Position numbers and translations under genes: made by a program. A DNA stretch of 64,000 bases, from contig NC_042999.1 of assembly GCF_006345805.1 (NCBI RefSeq), forward strand, positions 26,474,001 through 26,538,000, given 5' to 3'. Source of the stretch: Octopus sinensis. Lineage: Eukaryota. The stretch's first letter is position 1. Every line of letters begins with the position of its first letter. The notes beneath the pieces were generated by a model. The model was not told where the DNA came from. It did no database searches and was given only the letters and a program-made list of their open reading frames with translations. This document shows positions 24,557 through 37,730 of the stretch, piece by piece.

Positions 24557-25683
24557 TGACAACCAATTAAGTGTCACATATATCTATAAATAAATTCCTC
24601 TATTTTACATAATATCGACGTCTCATTCAGACTTTTGTTGCCATATCATTATTATTAATATATATATATATATATATATCAGATTGACTCATTTTCAGAA
24701 CATCATGGAATCCTTATATCATGCCCAAACGTTGGAAAATAAATGAAATGTCAAGGTATGAACGGAGCCTTTGTCGATGGATCAAAATGAAACAGATATT
24801 CAATCCTCGGGCAAACAGATCTAAAAACCATACGTCATACATCTTCATTCTTTTTAAACGCTATACTTCTAGAATATTTTTAACATTCTCTCCATCAAAT
24901 CACATACAACGATATACACTTGGCATACAGTTCTCATACGAAATGTATTCAGTCATCTCGTTTTCAATGGGATCATAATCCAGTGGTGCGCTTAACGAAC
25001 GGAATGTGACTTATATGCATGTGTGAATAAAGTTGATATGGGGAATACTGTCTTAAGTGCAGTGAAGATGTGGAAGATATGCCGGGATTTATGCATAGAA
25101 ACTCCTAGCAAGAAGCACGTTTATGTAAAGAACTACTCTCACTCCTGAATAAGGAAAGTCGGAAACTCCCTATAAAAATCGGAACCAGATGCTGCCACAT
25201 CTTAATACATAAAGGCCCCCGACCCGCATCATTTAAATATCTGGTCAAAGGAGTTCAGAAGTATACATATTGTATATGTGCATATATTCTAAAGACACGT
25301 GAGAGAGACTATTATTATGGCAAGAAACACAACCGACTGCAACAGCGTCAAACTATCTCATTTATCAAATATTAATTACTTAACAAGAGCTGAAGTGACA
25401 GTAGCAACATCGGTTATTCGTGTTAATGACTATTGTTCACAATATAAAACAGCCAGCACACACTTTTCACAACCGAAACAGGAAAAGAGACACCTTCCAA
25501 AAATATATATATGGCCACTAAAATACAGAAAATTCCCATTTAGTACTTAGTCGGAAAATATTGTCACACGCAAAACCATACCAATGAAATAGTTACTTCT
25601 GCCAGCTTTGTGTCAGTAAATCTTCTCACATGTTCGAATTTAGGAATCAGATGCTAAATATCGAAACTTTGAATTAGTGTATT

Positions 25684-26063
25684 ACTAGCAGTATCGCCCG
25701 GTGTTGCTCGGGTTTGTTTTGACCCTTTAGAATTAGAATTTTTTAAAAGTTAAAATCGTGCATTATGTAACTTGTTATTCTCTTTAAGTGAACATTTTTC
25801 TGGTTGAAATACACCGAAAAATGGCGACACAGAAGTCAAAAAATTTTTAAAAATAGGGATCTTCATTGAAAAAAAACACACCTTTTTGATGTAAATAATT
25901 TTTGGTGTTAACATGGTCCGATTTGAATTTTTTCTTCTACGAAAGGAAGAGCAAGCCTTCTATTATACTCACAATTTTGGTCAACTTGCGCCGCAGGTTC
26001 TCAGAGGAGATTGTGTCAGTTGAAGGCTACCAAACAGACAACCTCAGCTTTATATATAGAGAG
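25684..26063 (+). mobile_element. Helentron/HINE-like non-autonomous element
   Basis: 5' actagcagtatcgcccggtgttgctcggg; 3' cagacaacctcagctttatatatagag; same ends as 38298-38613. Confidence 0.6.
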
Positions 26064-27714
26064 ATTGCAAACGCGAAATCATCAAAACGCTGTCATTTCA
26101 AAACTATAGTTTTTTTTTTGTGAGATAGCAGTGCATCACACCGAGCATATTATTAGGATATCACTGTGTGTGGAAATAAATATAGGGAGGAGGAGCTTTA
26201 ATATGTTTGTGTGTACGTGTGTGTTTGGGTCTTGGTGGCTTGGACATTGAAAGGTGATGTGAGGAGCAGAGCTGTGTGTGAAGGATATGCTTCACTGAAG
26301 CTGACACGCACCCAGATATTTCTTTGTTTAGAGGTTGCTATAGAGGCAGTAGTGGGTTGAAATAATGTACCCTTTTTTTGAATAGGCTGGACCGTGACTG
26401 AGGGATTTATGACATGCATTAGCAACAGCATTTCAGATGTGAGTGTTAGATTCCCTCGTAGCATTCAACTGAATTGTATAAACCGTTAATGATTATTAAT
26501 GCGGTAAGGAGAAAGAATCTTCTGAACGTGTCATTATTTATTTATTCATTTTTCATTTTTGCATGTCGTCAAACACGGAGGTGAAAAATTCCAAATAATC
26601 CGTTCCATATTTCATTTAAGTTTTTATGTTCAGCAGTTGTTTCCGTGGGAGAAAATGTCGCAATTTTATAACGAATTAGCATATATATAGAATATTTTAG
26701 TGTGCCGTTATATATTCACTATACCACATTTTTTACTGTCCGATCTCTTCTCCTCATGAGTGTTTTATTGTATTTCCTATTACTCTGTGTGTCTTTTTTA
26801 TGCATGATATTTCGCTCTCTTTCGTTTCAAACATTTTACATATCACACGAACGTCCTTTGCGCCGTAAATAATATTTCTGTGTATGTTGGCTTCAATAGC
26901 ATATATTATTTAACTTTGCACATGGATCTTATCATTTATTACACATTTTTTTACATGACGATAGGATAGGTGCTTTCATACCGTTTTGAGGTATTTTTCC
27001 CCTTTCCACACAAACTATAAATCATTTCTAGCCCAGCTTATGGGCAAGGGAGCATCTGTGATGAAAAGACTTGCTTACTTTAATTTCTCTCTAGTTTTAT
27101 CGCTTCCTTTGTCTCTTTCCAGCTCCCTCTCTCTTTCTGACTATTTCTTCCTCTGCCAGCTTTTCTATCTACCTCTCTCCTTTACTCTCTCGCTCTCTTT
27201 CTCTCTCTGTATGTACATAGCACCACAAATGTATGTATAATATAAATTCAATGCTACAAGTCTGGGCGTTGATATTTATATGGTTAGAAACTTCTGGGCT
27301 ATAAAACTTTTTCAACGATTAAAATGTTTGTTAAACATGAACATTTACATTACATTTCTTTAGGTTTGCTACCAGCAATTATTAGGTGTGTCATTTCTTT
27401 ATGTCTACAAATTAGCGCAATGGAACACAACGATAATATTAATATATTTAACTTCCTTTCTTTTTCGTCACTAGCTTGTGTATCACAAACAACTCGAGTT
27501 GTTCACACAGTGAGTTCTAGGATTTTATAATCTATTTTGTGCTTTTCGATAGACGCATTCACGGCTATGCTGCAATAAGTTACATGTGAAAATATAATGT
27601 AAGACTAAAATTACTTTGTTAGGTAGTGGGTTAATCAAACTTAATTCGTTACGATAGCAAAGCTCGATACTGGTTAGGGTATAAATATTAAAATCCCTTA
27701 ATTACCAATTATTC

Positions 27715-27828
<114 letters not shown>

Positions 27829-27979
27829 AAATAATGAATATATTGAAAGTGAGTGTTCGCTCTAGTGGTAGCCAAGGATGAGATTCTGTATATTATTTCA
27901 ATTGAATTGATCACAGAGATGTTAGTTGTCAGTCATCATTGCAGCAAATTATAAAACACGTACGCAGACATATATATAT

Positions 27980-28575
27980 ATTTGCTATTTCATCTTTAAA
28001 TATGAAAAATTAAATTTATTAGGTTTTTATTATATGTGCATATACATTTATTTATAGAGATTATTTTAGATCTTAATTATAATATTTATATATTTTCATT
28101 GATAATTTATATATATTAGTCATTTTTAAATATTTATGTAATTAGATATAGACTAATACCGATATTAGATTATACGTGGGTTTCCAACCTTATAAATTAA
28201 AATTAATATTTAACATTATAATCGATTTTGATATAATCATAAATGTTAAGTTCTATGTTTCTAGTTTGATAATAGAGTTTATTATAAGTAAAATTATCAT
28301 ATTATTTATATCTTAAAAATATTGTTTAAATATTTCTGATTATATTTTAGATATTTCAATCACCTGAAGATTGACTGTAACCATAACTCGAATTATTACG
28401 AATTGGACAGCCATGAAACGATCGTAGTGTTTTACTCATTATCTTTTATTAAACTTTTAATAATTTTGATATATATTTAAAATAATATAAATTAATTAAT
28501 TTTATGTATTGGCTTAAGTTTTTCGTTGTTTGATTTGCCTAATAGTGGTTTTATCTCTAATTTAATATATATATA
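27980..28575 (+). mobile_element. PLE terminal-repeat-like AT-rich remnant with hammerhead
   Basis: Contains the HHR at 28361-28429; its 3' part is homologous to 4940-5034. Confidence 0.55.
28361..28429 (+). ncRNA. Type I hammerhead motif with extended stem II
   Basis: cac-CTGAAGA-ttgactgt...acagccat-GAAAC-GATC-GTA-gtg; palindromic stem III ACGATCGT. Confidence 0.65.
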
Positions 28576-28619
28576 TATATATAAATGAACACTACGCTAC
28601 ACTATACACACACACACAC

Positions 28620-28810
28620 ATTTGTTGTATTTCGGGATGTTAATTTTTTGTCCCAAGTAAACAAGCATTATATATTCGTTCTTCACTCGTTTATTACTGT
28701 TCTTATTCTAACTCATCTCCATTGCCCGGAAATCTTTCGTCACACATTTGTGACCACTTCAGCGACACTTTCCGTCTTCGTATGCTCTCTTGCTGCGCTT
28801 AATCCATTTT
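28620..28810 (-). mobile_element. Diverged homologue of the 3' terminal repeat of the 33.6-38.2 kb PLE, with variant hammerhead at 28723-28767
   Basis: Shared ttgtatttcgggat..., cgtcac...gtgacc...tcag motifs. Confidence 0.55.
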
Positions 28811-29094
28811 TTCCTTCTTTATTAGTGCTTTTGTTCGTTTAGGGGACTCGTCAAGACAAAATCAAAATGATAAAAACCGAACATTCCTTTGTTCATTTAT
28901 GGGATTCGGATAATTTTTGCTTTCTTTGGAAGAGGAGAATAATATATTTTGTGATTCTGGAAAAAAGAGTGACGAGAGAAAGATAAGTAATGAGGGGGAA
29001 CATAGATAGCGAAAAATGTTTCATGGTAATCAAGAAAGAGGAAGAAAAGTAAAGTAAAGGATGGGGAAAGGATAGACAGATAGATAGATAGATA

Positions 29095-29130
<36 letters not shown>

Positions 29131-29995
29131 GGAGGTTTCTTTTCAATTTGATGTGTCAGCCCATTGAAATTTTATTACAAAGCATTTTTCTTTTTTTACT
29201 TAATTTTTTCTCTTCCTCCTTTACCCTTATCATTGTATACCTATCAACATATTTGTAAATAAACACATTTTTCACAAGGGCTAGATGACCTTTCAAGATC
29301 TTAATTTCGGAAGTACGACGGGAAAGATAAGAAAAGATAGGAGAGTGCAGTCATCACTGAAAAGAAGAAAAGATCAAAGCCTATGAAAATGCATATTCCA
29401 TTATTCATGTTTTGGCAAGTCCTATATTCTGTGTAATTCCAATGTTTTGCACCAATAAACGTTAATTATAAGTACAACCTTCATAAATTAGGAAAGTAAA
29501 GACAGAATATAAAAAGTAATTTGAATTGATAATGTTTGGTTTTCAGTCTACTCTCTATGTACATTTAATCGGACACCATATATATATATTGTATATTTAG
29601 CAGGATATAAATTATGTAACAAAGCAGAGCTTGCTTAAATATATTTTTGAGTATCATTAAGCCTTTCGTAGGATTTCTTCATTTTTTGTTTGCTTGCTTG
29701 GGAATTTCTGACAGCCTCCTTTTACTCAATATATAATATCTGTACACCACTTCAAGCACTTTATACATACATACATACATACATACATACATACATACAT
29801 ACATACATACTACATACATACATACATACATACATACATACATACATACATGCATACATATGTATATATTATATTATATTATATATATATATATATATAC
29901 AAAATCAGAAAATGGAGAAATACATCTAAATCATTAATCAACTACCAGATAATACCCAATCACATACTTTATTGAACCACTGCATAAGAACATTA

Positions 29996-30066
<71 letters not shown>

Positions 30067-30070
<4 letters not shown>

Positions 30071-30888
30071 AGTAATAAGAGAGAGACCACACGTGGTCAC
30101 TCTAATGCTAGAAATAGATCGGCAAAGGGAATCCACCACTAAAGAATTGTTCTCAAGCATTAATTCAACACGCCAAGAATGTAAGCGGGCTGGACAAATG
30201 AAAAATAGCGAAAAAATAGATTAACTCTATACAATTGTTTCATCGTTAATAGATTGTGTAATTTTACTTACATAATCATTTTCGAATCCTCAGTAGAGTA
30301 TATCAAAAATATAATTCGCTGAATCGAACGCCAAAATCCATACAAAGCCGAGCAAAGGCAAACGGCACAGCCGATTATATTTGCAGTTACGTTCAAATAT
30401 CCTCAATTTTGGCGCGTTGAAAATACAGGATGTAAATACTACCCCAGTAATTTACTGCCGGTTTGAGAACATATTAATTTTAATTAAAATCACAATAAGG
30501 GTGAAAAAAATTGAATATTAATTAATAACATCAATTTAGAACACCAAGTGGCCTAGCGTAAAAAATGATTATGTAAGTAAAATTACACAATCTATTAACG
30601 ATGAAACAATTGTATAGAGTTAATCTATTTTTTCGTTACTTTTCATTTGTCCTGCCCGCTTACATTCTTGGCGTGTTGAATTAATGATTGAGAACAATTC
30701 TTTAGTGGTGGATTCCATTTGCGGATCTATTTCTAACGTTAGAGTAACCACATGTGGCCGCACCCTTATTACTTGTATTAATAATTTTTACTGTATCCCA
30801 CTTTTTTTTACGCTAGGCCACTTGGTGTTCTAAATTGATGTTATTAATTAATATTCAATTTTTTTCACCCTTATTGTGATTTTAATTA
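30067..30888. repeat. Nested inverted repeats: 30067-30282 vs 30562-30777, and 30481-30565 vs 30804-30888
   Basis: Reverse-complement matches read directly. Confidence 0.9.
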
Positions 30889-31248
30889 TATATATATATA
30901 TATCTGTGTGTGTGTGTGTCTGTGTGTATATTTATATATATATATACATATATATATATGCATATATATGTATATATATATATTTATGTATATAAATATA
31001 TATACATATATATATATACGCATACACACACACACGCACTCACACACATATATGTATATGTGTCGTTCAATGCTCGAAATGAGGAATAGAGAGCTAACAA
31101 CTGTTGAAGGGTCATTTTGTGTGTTACTTGTACAGTTTTCTATTTCTTTCTCTCTGCGCATTGAACTAATTTGTTTTCCTATTTCATATTGTATGCTGTT
31201 TACTGTCGGTGACGTCATGTACCCATATACACATGAATATATATTATA

Positions 31249-31336
<88 letters not shown>

Positions 31337-31515
31337 CATATATATATATGTGTATACATATATATATATATTATATATATATATACATATATATATATCA
31401 TATATATATGGGTACAGGACGTCACCAACAGTAAACAACATGAAATACGAAAACAAATGAGTTAATAAACAAAGGAAAGAAACAAATAGAAAATAGAATT
31501 AACGCAAAGAACGAC

Positions 31516-31574
<59 letters not shown>

Positions 31575-31947
31575 ATAAACATGCAATATGTTTGTTATTG
31601 AGGTTTTGAGATAAAGGTCCACAATATGTGAATTAGAGTTTATATTAATACTTGTGATATTAGTCGGTACTAAAAGTAATAAAATCCTGGGTATAAATCG
31701 AGATACATTATTATTTTCCGTTACTTTTTGCTTTTTGAGTTGCTGAAACCCTGCGGGATGAGGGGAGAGGGTTAGGGTCAGTCCCTTAATCTAATTGGTC
31801 ATCTATTGCTTTGAGAGTCCATAACTTTGTTATGATTGTTTAATGGATAACCAATGGCATAAACAACAAAGCAGGCCAAAATAGGCAAACATATATATAT
31901 ATTATATATATATATATATATACGTATGTGTGTGTATGTACATATAT

Positions 31948-32005
<58 letters not shown>

Positions 32006-32343
32006 GTATGTATGTATATATATATATATGTGTGTGTGTGTTTATTCCTCATTACATAAATTTTCATTCCTACAAATCTAAAATCCCCTTAAGCTAGATT
32101 GCTTATTTAAATTCCACTATTATTTCTCTTTTGAAAATTCTCTTTTCTCTATTTGTACTTTATCTACTACGAATAATATAATAAACCTAATAATAATATT
32201 AATAACTGATTTCGTTGTATGCATATACATATGCATATGTATATATGGTTATGTACTTTTGTATATATATATGCATATGTAGGAATGTTTATATAAGTAT
32301 GTATTTATATCTATAACTTAACCTTATGAACTTTCTAAACTCC

Positions 32344-32454
32344 CTGACGAAGCCCAGAGCTACACCCATGTACCTCAGTGTTATCTAGCAAATACTTCAG
32401 TTCACTGAAGGGATGGAAGGGCGGTATTGTGACCCCTTGGCTGAAACAGCTGTA
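32344..32454 (+). ncRNA. Hammerhead core with ~90-nt stem II domain, stem I not evident
   Basis: CTGACGA-agcc...ggct-GAAAC-AGCT-GTA. Confidence 0.45.
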
Positions 32455-33255
32455 ATAATCTATTCTCCTTTCTATGTTCTACGTTATATATTCTAATAAT
32501 TACTCGTATATACAGACACGTATATGTGCGTAAAGCATGATCTGTTATATATGTATGTATATTATTATAATTGTCTTTTTAGAAAATAAATAGACACAGT
32601 ATAATGTCGAAAAGTTGATGAATACCACCTCTTGAGTCCTTTATTTTCTTATTGCCGTTTATATTAAAGTTAAAACAACTTTTCACCCTCGCCCATGTAT
32701 TGCATTCAGTAAGGTAATTGCCAGGCAATAAAAAAATACTTGTGTATTAATAATTGGGTATTCTACAAGCAGTATATTGGATAGATATTATCCTTACTTT
32801 GTTGGATTCAGAAACTCTCTCTGGTGTTTTATATATAATTATAACGATATAATTATAATTATGGGCACTGGAGGAACAATGCCTATGCTAGAGACAGACG
32901 TTAAAGAACTATAAACCACTTTGTATTTGTATTTGCACTCAATTACTACAAGCCTGAATTTGGGGAAAATGGATGAAAATAATTTCGTAAAACTTTTGTT
33001 AAAATTAAATATTCAGATCTGTGGTTTAGTACTCAGCCTACATCAGAAGGATATAGACTATTGATGAAAATAGTGTATTTATTATTAAACCAGAATTCTG
33101 AAGCTTTAGGGTTAACCATTTTTTACGAGGTATTTCTTATCCATTTTTCTCGCATTCAACTTTGTGATAATGGAGGGCAAATTCAAATTGGTTTATATCT
33201 AGCATATGCACTGTTGCTTCAGTCCCCTTAATTATAATTATATCTTCATAATTCT

Positions 33256-33388
33256 AGAAACACACAAAAGCCGTTCGATTCACTTCAACATTTAAGTTTA
33301 ATTTGTCAAAATATTTTCGTCGCTATAAGACCGCGACCTGTTCACTGACAAAAATCCGTGCTGAATCGAACGGCTTTTATGTGTTTCT
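33256..33388. repeat. 27-bp inverted repeats enclosing a variant hammerhead
   Basis: agaaacacacaaaagccgttcgattca (33256-33282) / tgaatcgaacggcttttatgtgtttct (33362-33388). Confidence 0.85.
33302..33352 (-). ncRNA. Variant type I hammerhead with G3-C8 core and an extra nucleotide after A9
   Basis: Minus strand: tttgtca-GTGAACA-G-gtcgc-ggtcttata-gcgac-GAAA-ATAT-T-T-tgacaaa. Confidence 0.6.
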
Positions 33389-33526
33389 TAAATGGCTTAC
33401 AAACACCTTCCACAGTTCATAATTCTATATTTTATATTGATTTTACCTGTATGGTTTTTATTATATGCTGGCTACTGATAAGTCATTAATTTTTTAATGA
33501 TTTTTACCATTATGTATGTTTGTATG

Positions 33527-33588
<62 letters not shown>

Positions 33589-33600
33589 GTTTAAATTTGT

Positions 33601-34121
33601 TGTGCAAGATTTTTTATGTGAAGTCGTGTGTTGAAACAGATATTGTTATATTCGGAATGGTCATATTGCCAGTTTAGCCAATAAAAACACACGCACTATA
33701 TATTGGTGTTATTTTGTCAGTGATATTTATCTTTTACATTAATCTTAATCTTATTTCGGCCAAAGTTCTTTCGTCACACTCCTGTGACCGCATCAGTGGT
33801 CCTTTGTTTCTTCTCACTTACTTGTGTCTCTCCTTACTAACCGTCAGCCATTTTGTATTTCTATTGTATGTCTTCATTTGCGCATGCTTATATCTCTATG
33901 TGCGTCTATGTTTATTTAGTGTGTGTGTGTGGGGGGATGCCTGTAATATTTGTATCTTCTGGTTATATACATTCTTGTAATTTGTATTTTGTTTTTGTTG
34001 TTGTTGCTTTTGTTCTAATTTTGTTCATGTGTTTACATCCACCTATTATTATCATTACATATGCTTGTATGTATGTATAACAACAATATTAGTAACAATA
34101 ATAATAAATCTAATCGAAAAA

Positions 34122-34170
<49 letters not shown>

Positions 34171-34826
34171 ATATATACTAATATATACATATATACCACA
34201 TATACACATATACATATATATATAGATACACATATACATATATATAGTTATTCATTTCTATTTCTTTAATTATTTGTGTATTTATTATGTTTGCAGGATC
34301 CACTATCGTCATATGTTGTGGTGTGTGCTATTGCTCCATTCTAGTTTTCTATTCAGGCTAGGTTTATTTTCTATTATATGCGTAGCTTCTGTAATTTGTC
34401 TAATTGTTGCATCTGTTCTATGTGTGGACAATATCTTAATCTCTATGTTATTGATTGATCCCCCGTGTTCTTGTTCGGCGTGTTGTACAGAATCGATGAG
34501 CTTTTACCTTCCTTGAGTTGTCTCCAATGTTCATTCACCCGCTCTCCAATGCTTCTTGCTGTTTCCCCTACGTATGTTACTGTCTTGTTACTGCATCGTC
34601 CCTCTATACATCTTATACTATAGACCACATTTCTGGCTTTACAGTTTGTTTGTGGGCTAAATCTACATACAGTGCAATAGTTATCCGTACAGAGAGTTCT
34701 ACTAAAAGGATAGGTTCTACCAATTATAGATCTGATAGGGTTGCCTGGCTTTTCAACAACCTTAATTCTTAGTTTAAGTTTATCTAGGGTCCTTCTAAAG
34801 CGGTACGCCAGTTCACCTCCAGGGAA
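33601..34826 (-). mobile_element. Inverted partial copy (EN C-half plus 3' terminal repeat) of the adjacent Penelope-like element
   Basis: Reverse complement of ~37016-38206; the ORF track gives the same GIY-YIG peptide on the minus strand (34443-35162). Confidence 0.95.
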
Positions 34827-37531
34827 TGACAGGGACCAACAGACAGACATAAAACCCAACACTAATATAAACAACACATATACCAGAAACAAGAACAATG
34901 AATATATCACTAGCGATGATAGTAATAATGGCAATGGTAGGAATAAAGGTAATAACAATAATAGTGGTAGTAGTAGTGGTGATGATAACAGTAGAAGTAG
35001 TAATGAGGATAGTAGTGATAGTTGTGGTGGTAATAGGAATACTAGTAGTAGTAGTAGTGGTAATGGTGATAATAATAATAGGAAGGCTGATGTTGGAAAC
35101 AGTAACGATAATGAAGATAACCCTAGAGAGACCATTGACATGTATACCCATCCCTTTGACACTCAATTCTTCAACGTATGCGACAAAACTTACTGCATGA
35201 ACCGAAATTATCCAACAACATTACCCTTCAACAAAAGAGTATACATCCCAAGACGTACTAATGACCACATGGAAGCACAGTTCACTATAGCTAGGACCAA
35301 ACTTAGACAGATTTTAGGATTATACATTAGAGACAGAGACGGAATAAGACAGATGCCAACAACTCGGGATTAAACCTGCATGTGGCCTACAGAAGCTCAT
35401 TCAGCGCACGAGGAACGGAGAGGTGATATGCCTTCCCACGGATAAGTCCGGCAGGATGTCAATAGACAGCTTACCGAACTACATCCAGGCAATGCAACCT
35501 CATATCGCCAATACAAAAGTAACAACTGTACAGGCGCATGAGGAGAGAGAAGAAAGGTCCTCAATGCCCACATGATGATGTGGACAATTGTTCTGGGACC
35601 TCAGAAACGTACTGCAAGGAATTTCAAGCCTGGAACAATGATATCCCGGCACTGTATGGACTTCGCAAGGACCATAAAGGTTTTACTGACCCTATAGCAG
35701 GACCACCAACAAGACCAGTCTGTGGAGCGAATATCGCTAGCAATTACAGAATCTCCTACTTCCTCTCAATGATCATACGCCCTATAATCAGGATGTCACC
35801 TGATGTGTGTGACAGCACAGAAGATCTCCTAAGCAGGATCAGTGACTGTAACAAAACTTGTGACTTGACAGGATGTATAGTAGGTAGCATGGATGTGGTA
35901 TCCTTATACCCATCGATTGACGTAGATTTTGCAGTGGAGAAGTGCGTGGAGATGATCAACGAGAGCCAGGTGGAGTTCTGTAATGTCGACACAGAAGAAC
36001 TGGGCCTCCTACTTAGACTGACATATAATAGTGAATACTTAGATAAACATAATCTTAGTAGTTTCTGCCCCAGTAGATTTAAGAGGTAGACCGCCTACAA
36101 TACTTCTATGGCTAGGAAGACACATATAGAAAGATGGCGCGGATGGACCAGAGCCATACGGAGCCCCGCAAATGTCTATCAGGTAAAGAAAATGATCGCA
36201 CATGCACTAGGAGCTAGTATAAGAGTTACCTAAAAGGCCACACATTTAAATTTAATAATAAAATATATGCCCAGGACGAGGGGGCAGCCATCGGTGTTAG
36301 TATCGCTGGTGATGTGGCCAACCTCTTCATGGTATGGTGGGACAGAAGGCTTAAAGAATGCCTACTGCAGAAATCCATACTCGTAAACATGTACTCTCGC
36401 TATGTTGATGATATCAATATAGTAGTAAAGGCACCTCCACAGAGAGTAATGTTGATATAGTAATAGAAACTAATACTATGGAGCAGTCCAGCAAATAGCT
36501 AACTCCATCCACCAGAGTATTAAGGTCACAATAGACTACCCCACTAAACACCCCAACCATAGACTACCAGTACTAGACACTGAACTCTGGCTAGAAATGG
36601 TGAGAATAAAACCCAAATCCTTCATTAATACTATGCAAAACCTATGGCCTCAAAATACCTGATCCACCGGAACTCAGCCATTGCGGGCAATGCCAAATTC
36701 AATATTTTGATGGCAGACCTCGTCAGAATAATGAGAATGTGTCACGCACGTGCGAGCCTACAGAATTAAGAGACACATACAGTATTTCATTCACCGCATG
36801 CAGTTCTCAGGTTACAGCCATAAAGAAAGGATCAGAGTATACAAAGGAGCCATGAAGAAATTTGATAATATATTATGTAATGATAGGAATGGGATTTGCC
36901 CACTCTATAGGAACAAGACATGGAACACTATAGAAAGGACAAAAAAGAAAATAGGGAAGGCCACTCTTGGTATGATAGCCATAAATACCAGAGTGTCATG
37001 TTCGTTGACACCACCCCTGGAGGTGAACTGGCGTACCGCTTTAGAAGGACCCTAGATAAACTTAAACTAAGAATTAAGGTTGTTGAAAAGCCAGGCAACC
37101 CTATCAGATCTATAATTGGTAGAACCTATCCTTTTAGTAGAACTCTCTGTACGGATAACTATTGCACTGTATGTAGATTTAGCCCACAAACAAACTGTAA
37201 AGCCAGAAATGTGGTCTATAGTATAAGATGTATAGAGGGACGATGCAGTAACAAGACAGTAACATACGTAGGGGAAACAGCAAGAAGCATTGGAGAGCGG
37301 GTGAATGAACATTGGAGACAACTCAAGGAAGGTAAAAGCTCATCGATTCTGTACCAACACGCCGAACAAGAACACGGGGGATCAATCAATAACATAGAGA
37401 TTAAGATATTGTCCACACATAGAACAGATGCAACAATTAGACAAATTACAGAAGCTACACATATAATAGAAAATAAACCTAGCCTGAATAGAAAACTAGA
37501 ATGGAGCAATAGCACACACCACAACATATGA
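34827..37531 (+). pseudogene. Frameshifted PLE reverse transcriptase / GIY-YIG endonuclease ORF
   Basis: Motifs in order: VICLPTDKSGR, LYGLRKDHK..PPTRPVCGA, GSMDVVSLYPSID, QDEGAAIGVSIAG, RYVDD (YVDD 36401-36412), LPVLD, YYAKPM, linker C-x4-C-x2-C, VVY..C-x4-C..YVGET..H-x4-H, PSLN. Confidence 0.95.
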
Positions 37532-37659
37532 CGATAGTGGATCCTGCAAACATAATAAATACACAAATAATTAAAGAAATAGAAATTAATAACTATATAT
37601 ATGTATATGTGTATGTATATATATATGTATATGTGTATGTATGTGTGTATATATGTATA

Positions 37660-37696
<37 letters not shown>

Positions 37697-37699
37697 ATA

Positions 37700-37730
<31 letters not shown>

